Shown here piece by piece: positions 1-9,888 of a stretch of 64,000 nt of DNA (the first letter of the stretch is position 1; every line of letters begins with the position of its first letter). A model generated the notes under the pieces. It did not search any database and had not been told where the DNA came from. It saw only the letters and a list, made by a program, of their open reading frames with translations. A program made the position numbers and the translations under genes. Source of the DNA: a virus (Duplodnaviria; Caudoviricetes); the IMG/VR virus record IMGVR_UViG_3300010429_000387, positions 224,001 to 288,000 of that record. The stretch is one strand, 5' to 3'.

Positions 1-1
1 T

Positions 2-1069
2 GGTTCTGGGGCGGCTTCGGCGGCAGCCGTTGGCTACTGGGATGAGAGTGGCCCCTTCACCTCGAACGCTTGGTACTTGTTTGAGTGGCGTACTGCCTCT
101 ACAACCCCAGCAAACCCCAGCTATGCTGGACCTCGAAACGAGCCGTTCTACGTTTTGGTCCAGTGGGTTCAGTACAACAACACCTGGAGCCTTGGGAACT
201 CCAACCCTGGACTGTGTATTGGTCAGGCCAACAACAACCAGTACGAACACTGGGTAGCGATCCAGATGGGGGTTGGCATCGGAGGGGACCAGATGCCCTG
301 GAACGGCACGCTGGGGACCTACGGGGACTCAGGATCGTTCGGGAGCCAGGCCAAGGGAAACCCGGTCTGGAAGGTCCCTACAGGAGGAACGGGCCTCTAC
401 GTCTTCCCCAGAAGCAACAACCTTGGGGGCACCCACTACACTTCCAAGCAGAACATGAACCTGGTGTTCACGACAGCCTACACGGCCACCCCAACCAGGT
501 ATCACTACCTCGCAGACCACGATGGCCTCTTGCTCTTGGTGGATGACGCAAACAACATCAACTACCATTTCTGCTACACAGGGGCCTACAAGCGTCGAGA
601 CAACCTGACGACCCAGGACCCTTACTGCATGATGGGTGGCCTGACAACCTCTATGCAGGGGTCCGGTGTGTACTTTGGAGGTGCTTCCGGCACTTCCACC
701 GATAACGGGGGCATAGCCTTCAACACCTATGGCTCTTACGAGGTTCGTAACATGAAAACCTCGTACCTTGATGAGTTCATGGGGTACAGCGGCAACCAGA
801 TGCAGCCGAATAGGCTTTTCTCCCCACCCACCTATGATGACATGCCTTGTCTCATTGGGGTTGGTGAATACTACGACGGGTTTGCCGGGGAGATTGACTT
901 CTTCCGGGTGGTCCAGAACAGTGCCAACCTTCAGTTCAACCTGGACAAGAGCAAGCTCATCATCGGGACGCCCACGGTCACGAACTACAAGCTGCTGGTG
1001 CCCTGGATCTCTTCGGTGAATCCGCTCTCTGGGACGTATCGACTTGGAGTCACAGGGGCCTGTGGTTGA
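2..1069 (+). CDS. 5'-truncated putative virion/tail-associated protein
   Basis: Frame is open from position 2, so the true start lies upstream of the window. Gly/Asn/Thr/Tyr-rich composition; located in the structural block. Confidence 0.6.
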   Translation, partial: GSGAASAAAVGYWDESGPFTSNAWYLFEWRTASTTPANPSYAGPRNEPFYVLVQWVQYNNTWSLGNSNPGLCIGQANNNQYEHWVAIQMGVGIGGDQMPWNGTLGTYGDSGSFGSQAKGNPVWKVPTGGTGLYVFPRSNNLGGTHYTSKQNMNLVFTTAYTATPTRYHYLADHDGLLLLVDDANNINYHFCYTGAYKRRDNLTTQDPYCMMGGLTTSMQGSGVYFGGASGTSTDNGGIAFNTYGSYEVRNMKTSYLDEFMGYSGNQMQPNRLFSPPTYDDMPCLIGVGEYYDGFAGEIDFFRVVQNSANLQFNLDKSKLIIGTPTVTNYKLLVPWISSVNPLSGTYRLGVTGACG

Positions 1070-1077
1070 GGTGATCC

Positions 1078-1560
1078 ATGACGGTCGCAACTGACGGACA
1101 ATGTGTCACAACCAGGTGGTACACTGATGCTGTAAGGGTGGATGCCAAGTACCCGGCGGACCCTCCTGCTGCAAACACCGGGTTCAACACATCCATGGTT
1201 GATAGGGTGGTCCCTACTTTCGCTCAGGACTTGAGGGCTCTCAACACGTTCTTCAACGTCTTGATGACCCTTCGACAGGTTGGGACCTCCCACCATGACG
1301 GTGCTTTTGTGGTTGAGGAGTTCTGCGACCGTACTGTGTCGAGGATCGGTGTGCAGCATCCCATGAGAACCATCGGAACTGCCTACGCTTCTGGCTCTGG
1401 ATACATCACCTACGTCAAGAAGAGGGCCAGAGATTCCGGGGCTCCAGGGGTTGTCTACGTCACTTGGGTCACGAACGTCATCACTCAACCCTACCCGTTC
1501 ACGCCTCCATACGGTGGCCCTCTTGTGGACACCATCATTGCAGAACTGTGGCAGGTGTGA
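1078..1560 (+). CDS. hypothetical virion-associated protein
   Basis: 160 aa ORF with GAGG upstream, tightly packed between structural genes. Confidence 0.65.
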   Translation: MTVATDGQCVTTRWYTDAVRVDAKYPADPPAANTGFNTSMVDRVVPTFAQDLRALNTFFNVLMTLRQVGTSHHDGAFVVEEFCDRTVSRIGVQHPMRTIGTAYASGSGYITYVKKRARDSGAPGVVYVTWVTNVITQPYPFTPPYGGPLVDTIIAELWQV

Positions 1561-1568
1561 GGTGACCA

Positions 1569-4500
1569 ATGTCTTACGGCAGTAGCCCCTTCGGTACGAC
1601 ACCCTTTGGTGGGCTGTCCCTTGAGTCCGGGGGCGTCTCCATCACGTCGGCCACCCCGGCCATTGATGGGACGGGTGCGCCGGTCAACACCCCTGTCCAG
1701 GTCGTCCTCCACAGCATCTCCGAGTTCGAGGCGTACACTCTCCAGTTCTTCCTGAACGGAATCCAGGTCATCCAGGATGCCTCGTTCCTGTCCCCGTTCT
1801 CTGGGACAGTCATCAACGAGGGGCAAGACCTCACCATCAACGTAACTGGGCACCCAGACTTCGCTGACGGGAACACCGTACAGGTGGACATCTCCGTCAT
1901 GACTCTGGCTGAGGAAACTGCGAATCTCAGCTACGTCTTCCACACTGGTGGGGCAGTCTTCGACGGGGCTGAGAACTTCTCCATCGGGGAGGACCTTCGG
2001 TTCGGTCAGCACGCTAGGGTGGAGGAGGCCCTGGTTGTCGAAGAGGGGATCTCCCCCTTCATCGCCAACGCAACTGAAACCCTCACCCAGACCGTCCAGA
2101 CCTCGTTTGACTTCAATGTCACGTTCCAGGTCGAAACCGTCCTACACCTCTTCGAGAGCCTTCAGATCGGCTCTCTTCGGTTCTACAGCATCAACGAAAC
2201 CACGGTTGGCGTAGAGTTCCCAGAGGTAATGGATATCGAGGGGGTCTCGGACCCTATTGCTTACCTCATCACGCCAAGGGAATCGAGAGCTTTTCCGACC
2301 CTCATCAGTTCAGCCATCCCCGTCCAGGATGTCTTTCAGGAGGGATCCTCTGGACAAGTGGTGCCCCCCGAGACGTTCGACTCCAGCAGGGCCGCTCGTT
2401 CTTTCGTCTTTGACACAGTAACCGGGTCGTTCACCCCTAAGAATATCGGGGACTACTTCTACATCGAGGGGGTGATGTTCAACTCCTCGATGCCCTACAG
2501 GATTCTTTCCTACTCTGGGTCCAAGGTGGTCCTGGACCGAGAGGTTCCCTACACAGGGCCAGACAACGGGACCTACATTCCCCCTGGCTCTTCATGGTCC
2601 CCAGGTACTTTTGTGCCTGGGACAGGCACCCTGAAGTGGTCTCACCGGGATGGGGCACGAGGGGCCATCCTGAAGGTCACTGAGACCTCTCTGGGTAGAA
2701 CCTACTTCGGGCAAGTCTTCTTGCTGACTAAGAAGGCTTCTCACACCCCCTACTCAGGAGGGGTCGAGTTCGTTGCCTTTGGGTCGAAGCCCAAGGTGGT
2801 GACCGCCTTCACCGTAGTGGATGATGGTTCGGTCATCGTGTCCTTTGACAAGGACATGCGGGTTGACCCGGATCTTCTCAACCCGAGTGAGTACCTTCTC
2901 CTCGGGCCAACCTCGGAACCCGTCAGGATTCGTGAGGTTCGGGCTATCGACCCCAAGACAGTCGTTCTCTTCACTTCTGGGATGGGTGAGGGGCTCCAAT
3001 ACCTTACGGTCAACGCCCTTGGGACTCCCAAGGATGAGGCTGGAAACCCTGTTGATCCCTCCTTCAACCAGCACACCTTCGTCGGTACGGTCCCCCTTCT
3101 TACCAGGTCTCTCTTCACTGACCGGGGACCAATCTCGAAACCTGCCCTGGACATTCAGACTGGGACCGGAGGGGCGATTCAGACGGCCCCCTCTTTGCAC
3201 TTCGGGAACCTGACCCTGAGCGAGGTGGTCCTTCCTGGTGGTTCGTTCACCTCAAGCCACGTTGGTCTGTACCTGGAGCTAAGTGGGTCCACCGTGAATG
3301 GGGGCTCCTATCGGGTGGTTGGTGTGGTCAACCAGACCCGGCTCAAGCTCCAGGCCAGCTTCCACCTCCCGGACCCTGCCAACGGTGCCCTTTCTTGGCG
3401 CCTGTACGACCCTAGGACAGGGGAGATTGCGGACAGCCCCTCCGATGTCACGGTCAAGATTGACGGCCATCGTGTAGCCGTCCAGGCCGTTGTGGGGCTG
3501 CTTGGGCAGGTGATCCTGGACTCCCCCCCTGCCCCCGAAGCCGATGTGAAGATCGACTACTCCTGGATCCCGGACCCGACTGTTGAGGTCCGGAAGCTCA
3601 ACTCCAAGGAGTTCAGGCTCAACAACTGGCTCAACAATGTGGGCGGTCAGTCTACATCTCAGCACACCTACCGATACCGGAACGTGCTGGTCTCCCCAGC
3701 TTCCTTCCAGACTGAGGGCATCCTCGCCAACCAGGCCCAACCACTGCTTCGGGAACTCCACTACCGAGCTTTTGAGCGGGCCTACTCGGTTGCTCTGAAC
3801 GACCCCAACCTCTTTGTCCTGAATACCCCGATCCATCGGATCGGGTACCCTCCTCTTTCGAGGCAGGTGGAGGAGGTATCCGTCTCCTATTCAGCGGACA
3901 CCCTTCCTGAGGTGGACCCGGTTGCCCCTTGGGTTCGTAGGGGGACTGGGACGGCTGTTGCTGTTGAGGGGGCTCTCCTGGTCGAGAAGACCTCCTCTGG
4001 TCCATTCCCTACAGGGGAGCCTCTATTCTGGACACGGGAGGTAGACCTCACCTTCCCCTGTGTCTACGCTGCAACCTGGCGCCTCAAGATCAACTCCACG
4101 ACACCAGATGGGGTCTACACGGGCATCTCTGTAGGCTGGTCTGACACCAACCGAGTGGTTGTTCTGGGCTACCTCATCGAGAATGGGGTGCGGAAGATCG
4201 GGTTCCTCAAGAATGGATTCGGGAACCGTCAAGCTAGCCTAGAAGCCTGGACGGGTGGGGTAGACTCCAACGGCAACCCCACCCAGCTACCGTTCGACTT
4301 TGACTGGTCTGTTCTCCACTCCTACCGGTTCTTCCGGGACCGAGATGGGGTGACCCGTTTCTACGTGGATGGGGAGGTGGTTGAGAGCCTTCGGATCACG
4401 GAAGAGGAGCTTCCTTTCCTTGAGGAGCTGGATGACCCCTTCAATGAAGTCCAGAATGCCTACTTTGGGTCACTGAGCCGGGAGGCTCAGAACTTGAGCA

Positions 4501-7271
4501 CTTGGGACTTCGTTCGGTACGTTGTCCTTCCAGTCAACCCCGAACAGAGCGCACCCTCGATCTTCGTGTCCTACGAGGGTGACATCTACCCGGAGACGGC
4601 CCTGACCCCCTGGACCCCTGTCGGGTACCATGGGAACGAGTCCCTTTCCAACGGGCTACTTCTTCTTGACTCCACTTCGGCAACGGATGCCTCGACCTCA
4701 AGTGCCGTCGGTCTCATGGGTGGGGACTTCCGGGGCTTCACCAGGATCGAGCCTCTTCTGGGAGCCTCTTCTGATGTGACCCTCGACCTTGGGGTTAGCC
4801 TTCGCACCTACACTCATGGGGTCTCGGCCAACTCAGTCATGGCGGCCATCGACGATGGGACTCGTCTGGTCCAGCTATGCTTCTTCCCCTCGAAGCCTCA
4901 ACCAAAGCTCAGCTACCCTGGGAGATCGCTTCCACAGGATGCAACTCCGAACCCCTGGTCCTCCCACGGGACGGCCCCTGCAACGATGGTTGGGAGGATC
5001 CTACGCATCGAGGACACCACAGTCGTTGATGGTCGGGTCTTCTCCATCAACGACCTGGCACCCATGGGTTCGGACGAGCGAATCCTTGAGGAGAGCCTGG
5101 ACTGGTACGCTGAGGCCAAGTTCCAGGTCGTCTCATACACGCCTGACGGGTCCCCCGACAACAACTTCTGTGGGGCCACTCTGGATGTCTTCGATGGGAC
5201 CCACACCCTTGGGATCATGACCCGAGTGGACCCCACCACGGGGGAACTTCAGATAGCATTCCACTCAGACGGTCAGATCAGACCCGTTTTGACGGCCCTG
5301 ATCAAGTTCAACTGGTTCGATGGGAAGGCCCACATCTACCGTTTGGTGAAGAATACCAGCGGAGACCTCGTGAGCTTGTTCATCGACAACAAGTTCATGG
5401 GATCCATTGCCTACTCCTTGTTCGATACAGCGAACGGGGACCCGACCTACTCCTTTGGGTCCTCCACGTTGACCAGCAGGGTGGCTCGCTCGGTTGTGGA
5501 GTGGCACTACGCCAACGTCTGGCGAGCACAACCGGCTTCTGGGGTTCAGCACTACCTTGGGATCTGGAAGGGTTCGGACCCGAACTCTCTTCTGGGTTAT
5601 CACTTGCCGATCCGGATTCAGGGGAACGGAGCAACAGCAGGCAACCAGCTCACGGATGCAGCAGCCGACTTCGTAGCGGCTGGGGTTCAGGTTGGGGACG
5701 ACCTGATCATCGACTATGGGGTCAACCGAGGAGTCTACTCGATTGCCTCAAGGTCTGGGGGCACGCTCACCATCACTGGGTCCTTCCCTCAGCCTGGGTC
5801 CCTGACTCAGGGGTACCGGATCCCTGCTCAGACTGATTGGCGGTCTTCAAGTCCGATGGCCTTGAAGGCAAGCGGTGGGGGCCTAGCGGTTGCAAACTAC
5901 CTGACGGACAACACCAAGGACTTCGTTGCTCTTGGTGTTCAGCCTGGTGACAGCATAGTGATCGAGGTTGGTCCAAACCAGGGGTCGTTCCCGATTGTCT
6001 CTGTGGATACAACCACACTCACGATTGCGGCCACTTTCCTAACAGTCCCTACTTGGTCTTTCTACAAGATATCGGCTGAAGGGGGTGGGACAACTCACAA
6101 GTTCCGGCTGGTCCGGGACCCAGCAGGGTTTGTGGCCCTCTTCCAGGATGCGATCCCCGAGCCACTTCTTCAGGTGGACTACAGCGAGGTCAATCTTCCT
6201 CACAGCTCGGTGGGACTGCCCTACACGATCAACCGTGGGCTGCCCTCTGTCTCATGGGGGGCCTTTGACCCTGAGAACCTCTCCCAGACCGCTTGGGACT
6301 TCGTCAGGTACGGGGTCACTCGTTCTCCAAGTGAGCTGAAGATTGCTCCGCACCATCAGTTCTTGAATCAGCGGAACGTCATGTCCTCCCCCGAGCACTT
6401 GTTCGGGAAAGTGAAGCACAACCACACCCAGTACACCTCCTCTTCTACAGGTGTGCCCTATCCGTGGGAGGAATACTCCAGCAGCCCTGACATTGTAGCG
6501 TTTACCAGGCTCAACGAGGGTACCCCCCTTGTCCCTCAAACGCAGACCTATGAGGTCCGTCGCCCCAGGCCACAGGTTACGTTCCTATCGACGCTCAACA
6601 ACCCCTCGGATGTCTTGAACACAGAGGGTTTCCAGTTGAATGACGCCTCCACTGAGGTGAAGATCGTTGTTCCAGACAACGTTCTCTACAACAGCCTACA
6701 GGTTCTTGAGCAGAAGTCTGGGGAGCCTGACCTGGTGGCGCCATTCTCCGATGAAAGCGGCCTAGTTCGGATCGGGAAGCTATCCTGGCAGAAGACGGTG
6801 TGTGCCGTCTATGAGGGGGACGTGCTTCCCGAGCAGGACCCTGGCTACGGGACCCCATGGGTTCTGGCTTCGGAGATCGAATCCGAGGTGACTACCACGG
6901 TTGCTGGAGGGGTTCTCACCTATGGGGTGGCTCCTGGCTCCACGACACGGACGGTCTACAGGAACGCAACCCCCATCACGGACCCCAAGGGCCTCTCGAC
7001 CAGGGTGGACTTCCGGCTTCGGCTCTTGAGTGACTCAACGCTCGGGACTGGGGACTCAGGGGTTCGCTTCGGGTTCAGTGCCCTTGGCATGACAGCGGCC
7101 CTGGCGTTCGTTTCTACGCCTTATGGCGAGCGAGAGGTGCGGCTGGTTGACTTGAACTCAAACGCTGTCCTGGGGTCAATCTCGTTCGACTACCTTGACG
7201 GTGATTTTCATGTCTATCGCCTGGTCAAGAATGTGGACGAGGGGGTCGTTGACTTCCTGATCGACCCATGA
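1569..7271 (+). CDS. large multidomain tail/baseplate protein (Ig-like and lectin/LamG-like repeats)
   Basis: 1900 aa, beta-rich. N-terminal YGSSPFGTTPFGG; four Y-x-[GA]-[DR]-x-x-P...PW repeats followed by H-x-[YF]-R-[LF] strands. Confidence 0.7.
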   Translation: MSYGSSPFGTTPFGGLSLESGGVSITSATPAIDGTGAPVNTPVQVVLHSISEFEAYTLQFFLNGIQVIQDASFLSPFSGTVINEGQDLTINVTGHPDFADGNTVQVDISVMTLAEETANLSYVFHTGGAVFDGAENFSIGEDLRFGQHARVEEALVVEEGISPFIANATETLTQTVQTSFDFNVTFQVETVLHLFESLQIGSLRFYSINETTVGVEFPEVMDIEGVSDPIAYLITPRESRAFPTLISSAIPVQDVFQEGSSGQVVPPETFDSSRAARSFVFDTVTGSFTPKNIGDYFYIEGVMFNSSMPYRILSYSGSKVVLDREVPYTGPDNGTYIPPGSSWSPGTFVPGTGTLKWSHRDGARGAILKVTETSLGRTYFGQVFLLTKKASHTPYSGGVEFVAFGSKPKVVTAFTVVDDGSVIVSFDKDMRVDPDLLNPSEYLLLGPTSEPVRIREVRAIDPKTVVLFTSGMGEGLQYLTVNALGTPKDEAGNPVDPSFNQHTFVGTVPLLTRSLFTDRGPISKPALDIQTGTGGAIQTAPSLHFGNLTLSEVVLPGGSFTSSHVGLYLELSGSTVNGGSYRVVGVVNQTRLKLQASFHLPDPANGALSWRLYDPRTGEIADSPSDVTVKIDGHRVAVQAVVGLLGQVILDSPPAPEADVKIDYSWIPDPTVEVRKLNSKEFRLNNWLNNVGGQSTSQHTYRYRNVLVSPASFQTEGILANQAQPLLRELHYRAFERAYSVALNDPNLFVLNTPIHRIGYPPLSRQVEEVSVSYSADTLPEVDPVAPWVRRGTGTAVAVEGALLVEKTSSGPFPTGEPLFWTREVDLTFPCVYAATWRLKINSTTPDGVYTGISVGWSDTNRVVVLGYLIENGVRKIGFLKNGFGNRQASLEAWTGGVDSNGNPTQLPFDFDWSVLHSYRFFRDRDGVTRFYVDGEVVESLRITEEELPFLEELDDPFNEVQNAYFGSLSREAQNLSTWDFVRYVVLPVNPEQSAPSIFVSYEGDIYPETALTPWTPVGYHGNESLSNGLLLLDSTSATDASTSSAVGLMGGDFRGFTRIEPLLGASSDVTLDLGVSLRTYTHGVSANSVMAAIDDGTRLVQLCFFPSKPQPKLSYPGRSLPQDATPNPWSSHGTAPATMVGRILRIEDTTVVDGRVFSINDLAPMGSDERILEESLDWYAEAKFQVVSYTPDGSPDNNFCGATLDVFDGTHTLGIMTRVDPTTGELQIAFHSDGQIRPVLTALIKFNWFDGKAHIYRLVKNTSGDLVSLFIDNKFMGSIAYSLFDTANGDPTYSFGSSTLTSRVARSVVEWHYANVWRAQPASGVQHYLGIWKGSDPNSLLGYHLPIRIQGNGATAGNQLTDAAADFVAAGVQVGDDLIIDYGVNRGVYSIASRSGGTLTITGSFPQPGSLTQGYRIPAQTDWRSSSPMALKASGGGLAVANYLTDNTKDFVALGVQPGDSIVIEVGPNQGSFPIVSVDTTTLTIAATFLTVPTWSFYKISAEGGGTTHKFRLVRDPAGFVALFQDAIPEPLLQVDYSEVNLPHSSVGLPYTINRGLPSVSWGAFDPENLSQTAWDFVRYGVTRSPSELKIAPHHQFLNQRNVMSSPEHLFGKVKHNHTQYTSSSTGVPYPWEEYSSSPDIVAFTRLNEGTPLVPQTQTYEVRRPRPQVTFLSTLNNPSDVLNTEGFQLNDASTEVKIVVPDNVLYNSLQVLEQKSGEPDLVAPFSDESGLVRIGKLSWQKTVCAVYEGDVLPEQDPGYGTPWVLASEIESEVTTTVAGGVLTYGVAPGSTTRTVYRNATPITDPKGLSTRVDFRLRLLSDSTLGTGDSGVRFGFSALGMTAALAFVSTPYGEREVRLVDLNSNAVLGSISFDYLDGDFHVYRLVKNVDEGVVDFLIDP

Positions 7272-7280
7272 CGGAGCCCA

Positions 7281-9137
7281 ATGTCCTACGGTAGCAAGCC
7301 ATTCGGAATGACGCCCTACGGGGGCGGAATTGCGCTCTTCCAACTGGTCGATGCCACAGCGATCAACCCGTACACCCTCGCCCTGACCTTCTCGGAGGAG
7401 CCCAACCTTGACTCTCCGGATACCAAGGACCCCTCCAACTACTACATCGAGCGGGTCCTTGGTGAGTCCACGGTCCTTCCAGTCAAGAAGATCGTACCAG
7501 ACCCGAATCCACTGTCCCTACGCCTCATCACGAGCGAGCAGTTCTACACACTATATCGTGTCCGGGTCAACGAGGTTGTTGAGAGCATCTTTGGATCTAC
7601 ACTCAACCCCCTTGTAAGCTCCAAGGAGTTCACTGGTTTCCCTCAGGTTGGGCGCCTTCGGGCTCAAGCAGTCCGGCCGGACGGGGTTCTCATCGTCTTC
7701 AACCAGGAGATGATCGGAGACGAGAACTTCCTCTCGCCTCTGAGCTATGCTGTTTTGGACCCGGACGGGGTTCCAGTGGAGGTCACGGAGGTTCAGCCGA
7801 ACCTCATGGTGAACCCAACTCGGGTTACCCTTCAGCTTGCATCCCCCTTGGTCGCTGGGATTGCTTACTCCCTCACTGTCTCGGACAAGGTGCTTACGAC
7901 CTTCGAGATGACAGTGGTCCCGGCCACCTCGAAGATTACCTGGTACAATCCTCAGCGTACTGCCAGGATTTCACTAGCCAAGTTCACGGGGGAAGTTCAG
8001 GCTCAACCCCCGGACCCCAACCGAACCGCCTCGGAAGTCTTCCGTCTTGAGGAGTCCCTTGCGGTAGAGCTGGTTCCGTACCGGATTGAACCAACGGTCA
8101 TATTCGATGCGTTCCAAGAGATTCTGAGCTTCACAGAGTCCCTTGTTGTAACCAGCGGAACACGATTTACCGAGTCTCTTCAGGCCGTCACGGTGTCTGA
8201 GAGCTTCGGCCTTGATGAGTTCGCCAACTTCACCAAGAGGGTTGACACCAGATCCTCGGTGGAGTTGAGCCTGTCTGATCGAGTGTACCTGTCCGAGGCC
8301 CTTGAGATCCTACCAAGGCTTGAGAGCCAGACTGAAGCTGTGGACGCAGGTTTGGGGGACCTGTTCGGAAACCCACAGGGACTTGTATTTTTCAGCCCGT
8401 CCCTCATTCCAGGTGGATCCCCGAACTCGATCCTTCAGGTAGACAGGGTCAAGACCTGTACCGAGGCACACGACACCTACAGGTTCCCACAGCCAGCCGA
8501 CCCAAAGCCCCTCTATACGCATGGGGGTGGTATTGTTGCCACCCCCTCTCCGTCCTCAACCCTGAACAACGCCTCTCTCTTCGTCGAGTTCTATCGTCTA
8601 GGAGAGGCAAAGTTCAACCTTACCAATCGTCCTCAAGAAACTGTCCCCTTGTTTGGGGACATCATTGCTGGGTTGACGCTCCGTGAGGAGGACCCGACAA
8701 GGACGGCGAAGCTGAACAGCCCTGGTTGGCTCATGTTCAAGAGCCCGATGCCACCGGTCGGGGACTTTATCCCTTTGGATGACCACACTTCCAGAGGTTG
8801 GCCTCAGTTTGATGCCTCAGCGGCGACGCCCTATCCGTTCATCACCGTGAACAACCTGTCTCCGTTGCCCGATCCCGTGGTAGAGCCAACTCAACACTTC
8901 GTCAGCCCGATGGAGGTCCTCGGATTGGTCGAAGAGGTCCACCCGGATCGGAGCGTCCTGGTAGGTGTGGATGAGACGGTGACCCGACAAGACGACTTCG
9001 ACCTTGTACCTGGGTCAACGGTGGTTCAGGTCAACTTGGTCGAGTCGATGACCCATTCGGAAGCACTGACTTCAAGCATTGGCATACGGCTCTTTGAGTC
9101 GATCACCTTGTCCGAGGGCTTGTCCCTGACTTCGTAA
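7281..9137 (+). CDS. baseplate/tail protein with Ig-like domains
   Basis: 618 aa. N-terminus MSYGSKPFGMTPYGG is similar to that of 1569; Ig-like LTFSEEP...NY and VFNQEM...SY segments; GGAG upstream. Confidence 0.7.
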   Translation: MSYGSKPFGMTPYGGGIALFQLVDATAINPYTLALTFSEEPNLDSPDTKDPSNYYIERVLGESTVLPVKKIVPDPNPLSLRLITSEQFYTLYRVRVNEVVESIFGSTLNPLVSSKEFTGFPQVGRLRAQAVRPDGVLIVFNQEMIGDENFLSPLSYAVLDPDGVPVEVTEVQPNLMVNPTRVTLQLASPLVAGIAYSLTVSDKVLTTFEMTVVPATSKITWYNPQRTARISLAKFTGEVQAQPPDPNRTASEVFRLEESLAVELVPYRIEPTVIFDAFQEILSFTESLVVTSGTRFTESLQAVTVSESFGLDEFANFTKRVDTRSSVELSLSDRVYLSEALEILPRLESQTEAVDAGLGDLFGNPQGLVFFSPSLIPGGSPNSILQVDRVKTCTEAHDTYRFPQPADPKPLYTHGGGIVATPSPSSTLNNASLFVEFYRLGEAKFNLTNRPQETVPLFGDIIAGLTLREEDPTRTAKLNSPGWLMFKSPMPPVGDFIPLDDHTSRGWPQFDASAATPYPFITVNNLSPLPDPVVEPTQHFVSPMEVLGLVEEVHPDRSVLVGVDETVTRQDDFDLVPGSTVVQVNLVESMTHSEALTSSIGIRLFESITLSEGLSLTS

Positions 9138-9150
9138 CGGACCTTGGTGG

Positions 9151-9162
9151 TTTTTCTTATAG
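9151..9162 (+). promoter_or_regulatory. T-rich putative late-promoter element (TTCTTATAG)
   Basis: Intergenic T-rich element; similar elements at 14731, 28323, 47001, 52196 and 58440. Confidence 0.3.
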
Positions 9163-9224
9163 CTCTGGCCGTTTGAAGCTCGGAGCCCTCTCTGAGGGTG
9201 GGCTAGACGAACAGACCGGAGCAG

Positions 9225-9872
9225 ATGAACATGCAGCTCAAAGAAGCGTTTGCACGAGTGGGGTCAGCAGTCTTCGGAGCCCTACGGCCCAAGTACGAAG
9301 AGCGGGTTGGCTGCATCGTCCGTGGAGACGTGTTCATGACGCTCCGGGATGGGCAGTCTGGAGAAATCCAGGCCAAGCGGGAGCACAGGAACCTCATCGT
9401 CAAGGATGCCAGCATCCTGGTTGCCCGCCTCATGAAGGACAACCAGGAGCCAGCCAAGAGCGTCTTCGTTCTGGCGATGGGTACAGGGGACTCTGGGTGG
9501 AACCCTCTATCCCCTCCGGCTCCTACGAACACTCAGCGGGCGCTCTACTCGGAGCTGACTCGGAAGACCTTTTCCCAGACCCAGTTCATTGACGCTGGAG
9601 GCATTCCTACGGCGATTCCAACCAACGTGGTGGACTACACGACGATCTTTACCGAGTCTGAGGCGGTTGGGCCACTGGTGGAGATGGGATTGCTTGGAGG
9701 GTACATCTCAACGAACCTTTCGGTTCGGAACCCGGTGACGCCCCCCAACGGACCCTATGATCCTCTGGTTGACCTCCGGGAGAGGGAGACCATGGTGAAC
9801 TACCTCACTTTCCCGGTGATCAACAAACCTGCCACTTCTACGCTGGAAATCGTCTGGCGCCTCACCTTCTGA
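9225..9872 (+). CDS. putative tail-collar/baseplate structural protein
   Basis: NLIV...MGTG...ELTRK...EAVGPLVEMGL...FPVINK...WRLTF pattern resembles phage tail-collar/fibre-attachment proteins. Confidence 0.6.
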   Translation: MNMQLKEAFARVGSAVFGALRPKYEERVGCIVRGDVFMTLRDGQSGEIQAKREHRNLIVKDASILVARLMKDNQEPAKSVFVLAMGTGDSGWNPLSPPAPTNTQRALYSELTRKTFSQTQFIDAGGIPTAIPTNVVDYTTIFTESEAVGPLVEMGLLGGYISTNLSVRNPVTPPNGPYDPLVDLRERETMVNYLTFPVINKPATSTLEIVWRLTF

Positions 9873-9888
9873 TTGAGGAGATCACGAG

